DNA of 53,904 bases from IMG/VR virus record IMGVR_UViG_3300032214_001883, positions 1 to 53,904 of that record; one strand, 5' to 3'. Shown here one piece after another: positions 51,401 to 53,904 of the stretch (the stretch's first letter is position 1; each line of letters begins with the position of its first letter). The notes below the pieces were generated by a model that saw only the letters and a program-made list of their open reading frames with translations, was not told the DNA's origin and searched no databases. The position numbers and the translations under genes are program-made. This DNA comes from a virus. Lineage: Duplodnaviria; Caudoviricetes.

Positions 51401-52071
51401 GAATAATATTCAGAATAATAAACGGAAATGATGAATACTTTACTATAAAAGCAATTGATTGGGATGCTGGAGAATGGCATAGAATATGTTGCTCTTATTC
51501 TGCAAATACAAAATCTGATTTCATGAGAATGATTGTTGATGGTATTGGCGAAGAAAATATCTACTTTAGAAATTCCGGAATAAATCAATCTGATGATTAT
51601 GACATTAATTCTTCAACACTTATATCAAAATTAAAGCTAAAACTTGATGATCAGTTTTCTCAAGTTACAATAGGAAACGATCTATTTGACGACTACTCTG
51701 CAAAGTCAAGAATTGACAACTTTAGAATATCAAAACAAGCAAGATCTGTCGTGAGAGATTCATCTGGAACAATAATAGATCCTGCTTATTCGAGCAATAC
51801 ATCTACTATATTTCCTGTGAAAAATGATGATTTAACTACCGCCATATTTGATTTTGACTTGGCATCCGAGCAAGTTGATTCTTTTGCGACAATTATAGAT
51901 GATGTAAGCGGAATATTTAGCTTTGATATAGATATATATGATGTCTTTAATAAGGTTGCTGGAATTGGGGATGGCAGTTTGGAAGACCTTCTTGTTGAGT
52001 TAATCAACAGGATAAAGCCAGCTCATTCTAATGCTGTAATTAAATTTGATGAAAGATATTGTAAGGAATAA
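42490..52071 (+). CDS. Giant baseplate wedge protein (gp7/gpI-like, 3193 aa) with LamG/ConA-like domains
   Basis: REAYRDFL...KGPTIPSI and terminal LINRIKPAH wedge motifs; LamG motifs GTLEAWVRP, HHIAASW, LFVDG, LYIG...IDDF, WHRI, IDNFRIS. Confidence 0.75.
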   Translation: MILRPTSFFIPSSTELKIFFSLELSLALTKDNFYIESISGSGSDLEIVSVEIKSNSAVLKTRPQVPGNYYLLRLQDTDYQPFTASDGSQLINDSVSRDIFFLGIDNVNKIRDDMLSKVPQIYNIDGTKIYNVISGVAEEILDAQHDIGSVLNSNYLKLSSFEEIRTRGSGAYDRLANENAYDVTSVSKFRAADNNFANQLVVNSASTSPINLRQTLVESEEISSSTKQNSFVGFLLNLSKNNILKVLSIKVVRDDDLEDCNGNIGTYYDIEKYKYSILNNRYDQDNAFSFYQLSPNQVLISDFGNIARLEPTDTVIVSYYYDDVSKNIDLDTLQVYSKESVINESVPSNSTNFFLKNAPIINDSGAVATIDAVAFKTSENSNNVPAEFSIELEFSFSRLPRSLGEYSVNYETGEVVLVGSSRAGEGTGFNYHYCDYIYKNIFSKDVDYFVDGGEIDFKSNRPIIGKTVYIDYNYTSVFRPGIDYATKTHSESLGELVQNKYTSSFSIKTENSPITDVFRVSNQTTGEVYSVLYFNDNEIFISGRVLPRVLSKLDESPNFKTEFNEPLVANAEVVSPMYKGIITSNPSTNAITISPPIPAEFLDPSSSYIMRIDENIDGVISVTDKYISYFHSADGNNNIATLAISPTDVVPSVGQKIIIGVKTFVFNLKNNLILNKNKDSIGSLVSSSIEFNNEDFKSEKYFKKISKNNAILPTSAGSIFYTVSTDSTNILYGNLSKIRASGDYSVDYQNGVIYLGVNPTQSYFVGEVSYTHGEHSAQNYNIISADFISKRNKISEDKNQSQVIYDSLYSKQDSIKILDLEATYQFYSGDLVADSNGEYQESFIVRPDYTAYTTYDISSIYAVNTLQDLFGNNLSSIYPYNREIEKTSEQLTTPILDGGFNYFDSKYVSFSKNLIDFKGSFTSRLILGSGGIYEIQIKDEQVSSFYNAIDPNSGDEIIDVSYNIYLQRGISVTSTVVGPTTIEVYFDQIDSNYFFNDGYDYIIDSSSNEFLVTEYNQFDGYFVIEKFASNNPSNEFSSDSFSLILKPSISISSGMLTILIPENFVFDDYSKIKVSFLTTITPAVGTALAVDYHYGSIYIDYTYVYDNLSVWYEHGDNQIDWSINNSISEGETYYVSYNYGALRNSLKKNFAALTNIPKLKNFPLNMDREAYRDFLIGVLQSFPKGPTIPSISGLISSVTKTKPDITESVFGNWILGRDYLSHQTVNYDGNLVFEPAKFNDGLSINNDNIITIPAVSNLSLNEGTLEAWVRPNWNGIDNDATLTFDFENVGTSVYSYVGGGDPFDFKNGFKTSTNIEIGNYGTDPTGSQLTIFKASVDGDGYDPSLVDLNFSITHDKSEVTRINKTNFVINIKQNYLNVGGLSPYLSLNSQKMLSGGFVAIDDDFRTILLELGYLSYSSSPTVYVSSSISGDTLLDFAPPYQTRGCKCEVVDQNSVLQNFNNLTFHISFDENINSSDIIYSDAVITSSPKSFCLVDQDGYLYDVVSMFDSFGIEHKSDMPTIISKIVVKRYPENYQSLSSKQAADINSIQITSFMILNKVIKLKPGLDDSSGSNKSNIFFGSPNNALLNWSEFSRISISRDPIQNLSTISISGNSFQYFYTDFYSSDSVIPERLQNLDKNKISIGVLSIASISIKGFRLEVENKFGLSDIYIGSSGYHPARSLFRVNRADGSNSVGISPKVENTEGIFIGFDPNCASPVDSSVGQWVIKVRNNKFSSLPYDVNVDGAEYENLYSSEMVPSPLIGKIETDGEFSSAARGRRLVGGSCGNDSLDCSGFLRYCGEQPLEDGWIKYSDTSSDLINVFGGRQQEIIPWLKIGDFSTSLSNSSYRMESLQQSFEDQVASFGYGLLTPHECNLGDTSISNSIKINFVDSSLISLGLNAIESSFFYTGICPIIYSTSEYEISVAYAFDQFGQEIISLIDQVSGQEVATVVFSWNDFNYHSVNLEVLNKDDIVRVFFDNSLILISSLSSFSKKEIVNCQLTPSNYIATSILNAKLVNASEFIASVASTSLDTNLIMMSYSYVDGEMKLEDGDLFIQENDSKISFSLIGNSDDDLFEVDGYITLSDLDEIFITSDRPKYLVDSGISESNSRFSIFKDGKGFLNFRIYDRKIGDENTLFNISTDVRSFKMGELHHIAASWKLNSHNESDEMHLFVDGLEAANIYKFGGKIPLKLNAKFSDVSQEVLQDHIYKNIVYYDVISSAAILAGDTKLYSEYFTGSEDIVSRGIIIKSSALADSIVGNYYTIIAVGDGFIQLGDPETFNPVVFQVSASDISFQFPPSCGEIYGIKTDIYNDRFSIIKSDCEGNRFEMGGVEVGIIDGEPFISTNNVYEQSFRYNSKLRIIEFIKYDDYTCSWIESAEKTDISISIVTYGLKTRLLNQIIQLSGSSLYTSASNDLSFYLNVDESISLVQTSGPKPRDILDVEIKKILIKDYIVDESTITIEDGPVSDFQFIVNKETSLLTSEYISKSKINDGRYLSLIIDTDNIEFCGTDGYSEEINYVDIYGANSSGSPFERVFFNQNGAFKTSERFYSLDSISGKVKPIDTDYEVCKISVEESDNINVQNGLGDFAKIERFVDGKIIIATAGSEIYDPFELPPGYYRLQYPSTLFVDIPIVGNKLYIGSSIFGKNQLNAIIDDFVIKSEMLLDLRPYQLSADGMKTITHDFNKPKNHCLSSNVLSLITFNNPVDYQSRMLRTYTFLDQENNISYTLDLDEREKLIKLINNKEEFISTMINMGYSIEDATKVFVVCHGANGGPIKNIAESYPIFSDVSTSSSSVNSSFGNSAKFNNNKYSFFNNNSILRNDSGQIEFWVSPMIDTKYDFKTRYYFDAYSAVRISTKTTASNLIKLSNPASKILSVKLLKNNQEFSQYLVDKNLQEILFDEISRSEITGMLQGGTGVEKDFSGGATLSPDGRTILLTETMPGANIDVVVTYIPKEFSGQRISILKDRFSRIIFRIINGNDEYFTIKAIDWDAGEWHRICCSYSANTKSDFMRMIVDGIGEENIYFRNSGINQSDDYDINSSTLISKLKLKLDDQFSQVTIGNDLFDDYSAKSRIDNFRISKQARSVVRDSSGTIIDPAYSSNTSTIFPVKNDDLTTAIFDFDLASEQVDSFATIIDDVSGIFSFDIDIYDVFNKVAGIGDGSLEDLLVELINRIKPAHSNAVIKFDERYCKE

Positions 52072-52149
52072 CTCTCTTTGCTTATTATAATGTTTCTTTT
52101 GCTATATATTAATTATTAATGTAATATTGTTATGATAATGTGGAGAGTT
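52070..52149 (+). promoter_or_regulatory. Extended hairpin covering the RBS of the last gene, with TATTAAT motifs in the loop
   Basis: AACTCTCT (52070-52077) / GGAGAGTT (52142-52149), plus TTATTATAAT (52082-52091) / GTTATGATAA (52129-52138), G-U pairs included. TATTAAT at 52107 and 52114. Confidence 0.5.
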
Positions 52150-52150
52150 T

Positions 52151-53904
52151 ATGAAAAATAAAGCAAGCTCCGTTTTGCCAAAAGTTAATTTTTTCGATGG
52201 ACAGAAAATAACGGAATCGGACTTAGATACTGAGCAGCTTCATATTCAATCCGTTGCCGGCGGAATTATAAATGACTTTCATGGTAGCGGTGTAATTAAG
52301 GAAAATATTTTTAAGTCGAATGTTCTTTTTGATAGTTCGAAGCCGGGCTTTTATTCTCCAGCAGGCTCAACCAACTCTAAAGAAGTTATCGAAGCAGGCA
52401 CTTTTGACGGAAAGCCATTATATCTCGATCTGCAGCCATCTGATGTTGATGCTGGAAATAGATTAGAAATATCGGTATCTGAGACCGAAGCAAAAGGCAG
52501 AGATTCTGTAAAAATTTTAATTGTTGGCTATGCCTTCGACAGCATTAATCCTGGCGGACAACTTGTTTATGAGCTCTTAACTTTTGATAAAAATCAAAGC
52601 CTAATAACAAAGTACTACTACACAAGCGTTGTCTCATTCTTTTTAAATAATTTCTCTGGTGGAACCGGAAGAAACGAGTTTGGGCTTGATATGGTCAGCT
52701 CAAATCTTGCATTGACAACCGGAAAAATACAAATTATGGAAGCTGAACAGCTGAAGGTTTATCCAGCATCAGTTGTTCAAAGTCAGGTTTACTCCCCATC
52801 TCAAGATCTATCTTCATTCATTACTTACGACAACGATGTAACTATAGAAGACTTGATAAAAGAGGCCATCGGCTCTGATGCTAACTTTAGCGATCTTTAT
52901 TTTGAACTTTTGGATGCAAAAGTATCATCATTTCAAAAAAATGGCTCTGTAACTGTTTCTTACGGACAAAAGTTTTTAGCAAAAACATCAAATATGCAAA
53001 GAATTGATCTTTTGATGTCCGTAACTCAAGATACCTCTTTGCCAATAGCCCAACAGTATGATTTTTCTGGCGACCTCGTATTATCGGTTCATAAGCTATC
53101 AACAGAGACAAAATGTGCGACCGACGTTGTTCCAGATAATTTAATTGACTTCGATCCTGAGATTGAGCCAGTCATGGAAATCTCTGTAAATCAGGATGAT
53201 TTTGCTTCCATTGGCATAGTTCTAACATCTCAGCCTCAGGTAGTTAGTTTTAATTTTTCTAACACATTGCTGGCCGATCCATCAATATCCCCAAATCTTG
53301 AGCCAAATAACTTTTATTGCTTTATACTAAGCAGAAGAGGAAGCACATCAACTGGAACAATCAATATTCACGTTGGTTGGGACGAGCCAGAAAGAAGAAC
53401 CTCTAATGGTCAGCCTAAAAATGCCATACAGGAATTTGGAAATCAAACAACAAGATATTTTGAGTATGACACGACGACTAAAAAGTACGTTGATTATTCA
53501 AATCTTTCTTTGTGGCACAAAATATATTCAGATACAATAGAGGTAACCCCCGGTACCGCTTATTCTACTGATAGCTTCTTGATAACGATACCAAAAACAC
53601 AAGAGTATGTTGGAGATACAAAGATATCAAATTATATCGATTGTATATCTCTCGTGGATATCTCTTCATCCGGAATAAATTATGTTCTTTTGCAGCATAT
53701 TGAAAAGTTCATAACACCAATAACACATCCAAGAACTGGAAACTTTGTATTCTCAAGAATATTTGATACCGGCGGTATTGCCGTTGTAAATTCTCAAGAT
53801 CTTGAGGATGTATCAAAGGACGAATATCCACTAATACTATCAAGTGTTTCAGATAAAAATACGAGATATGCATCTGAAATCAATGGAACTCTTGATAAGC
53901 CAGG
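52151..53904 (+). CDS. Baseplate/tail-fibre attachment protein, 3'-truncated by the window
   Basis: Not in ORF track (no stop). GGAGAG RBS. MKNKASSVLPKVNFFDGQKITESDLDTEQ resembles the NxFxGQxLxxxDLxxEQ start of contractile-system fibre/baseplate proteins. Open for 584 codons to the end. Confidence 0.75.
   Translation, partial: MKNKASSVLPKVNFFDGQKITESDLDTEQLHIQSVAGGIINDFHGSGVIKENIFKSNVLFDSSKPGFYSPAGSTNSKEVIEAGTFDGKPLYLDLQPSDVDAGNRLEISVSETEAKGRDSVKILIVGYAFDSINPGGQLVYELLTFDKNQSLITKYYYTSVVSFFLNNFSGGTGRNEFGLDMVSSNLALTTGKIQIMEAEQLKVYPASVVQSQVYSPSQDLSSFITYDNDVTIEDLIKEAIGSDANFSDLYFELLDAKVSSFQKNGSVTVSYGQKFLAKTSNMQRIDLLMSVTQDTSLPIAQQYDFSGDLVLSVHKLSTETKCATDVVPDNLIDFDPEIEPVMEISVNQDDFASIGIVLTSQPQVVSFNFSNTLLADPSISPNLEPNNFYCFILSRRGSTSTGTINIHVGWDEPERRTSNGQPKNAIQEFGNQTTRYFEYDTTTKKYVDYSNLSLWHKIYSDTIEVTPGTAYSTDSFLITIPKTQEYVGDTKISNYIDCISLVDISSSGINYVLLQHIEKFITPITHPRTGNFVFSRIFDTGGIAVVNSQDLEDVSKDEYPLILSSVSDKNTRYASEINGTLDKP

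Larger units (their letters stand above)
1..53904 (+). mobile_element. Large (probably jumbo) myophage virion morphogenesis module: neck, contractile tail, baseplate
   Basis: Order adaptor / head closure / terminator / sheath / tube / chaperone / tape measure / hub / spike / gp25 / J / wedge. Co-oriented, coupled genes (TAATG at 457, 14170, 20262, 42490; ATGA at 9985). Bacterial Shine-Dalgarno sites. Neck-type genes favour a phage over a headless eCIS. Confidence 0.9.

Noticed and set aside
23055-52071. Inteins or introns explaining the oversized genes
   Set aside because: No intein splice-junction or LAGLIDADG/HNH motifs noticed and frames are uninterrupted; inserts look like structural beta domains.
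14525-53904. Headless extracellular contractile injection system or tailocin
   Set aside because: Adaptor- and head-closure-like genes, a G/GT frameshift chaperone, a single sheath and no Afp15-like ATPase in the window fit a phage better. The capsid genes are not visible, so it is not fully excluded.
1-53904. tRNA, rRNA, CRISPR array, stop-codon reassignment
   Set aside because: Intergenic spaces are under about 100 nt with no cloverleaf or spaced repeats, and long ORFs are intact in the standard code.

Overview
The window is the virion-morphogenesis region of a large, AT-rich myophage, probably a jumbo phage, read in the standard genetic code. Almost all genes are on the + strand and tightly packed. 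In order it encodes Ig-decorated neck/head-closure proteins, small membrane proteins, an HExxH peptidase, two paralogous fibre/tailspike-like proteins, tail terminator, sheath, tube, a tail assembly chaperone with a -1 frameshift extension, a short tape measure, and a very enlarged baseplate (tube initiator, hub, spike, two unknown large proteins, gp25-like, J-like, a 3193-aa wedge, and a fibre-attachment protein cut by the window end). No capsid, portal, terminase, tRNA, CRISPR or integrase is visible. Main signals: (1) at four gene junctions a TATTAAT(A) motif lies in or on a hairpin that hides the next gene's RBS or start codon; (2) an A-AAA-AAA frameshift site followed by a candidate H-type pseudoknot; (3) a 2160-aa post-spike protein combining Ig adhesion domains with a Cys-laced hydrophobic segment; (4) baseplate enlargement by nested domain insertions. 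All product calls come from motif recognition by eye plus synteny; no database search was run.
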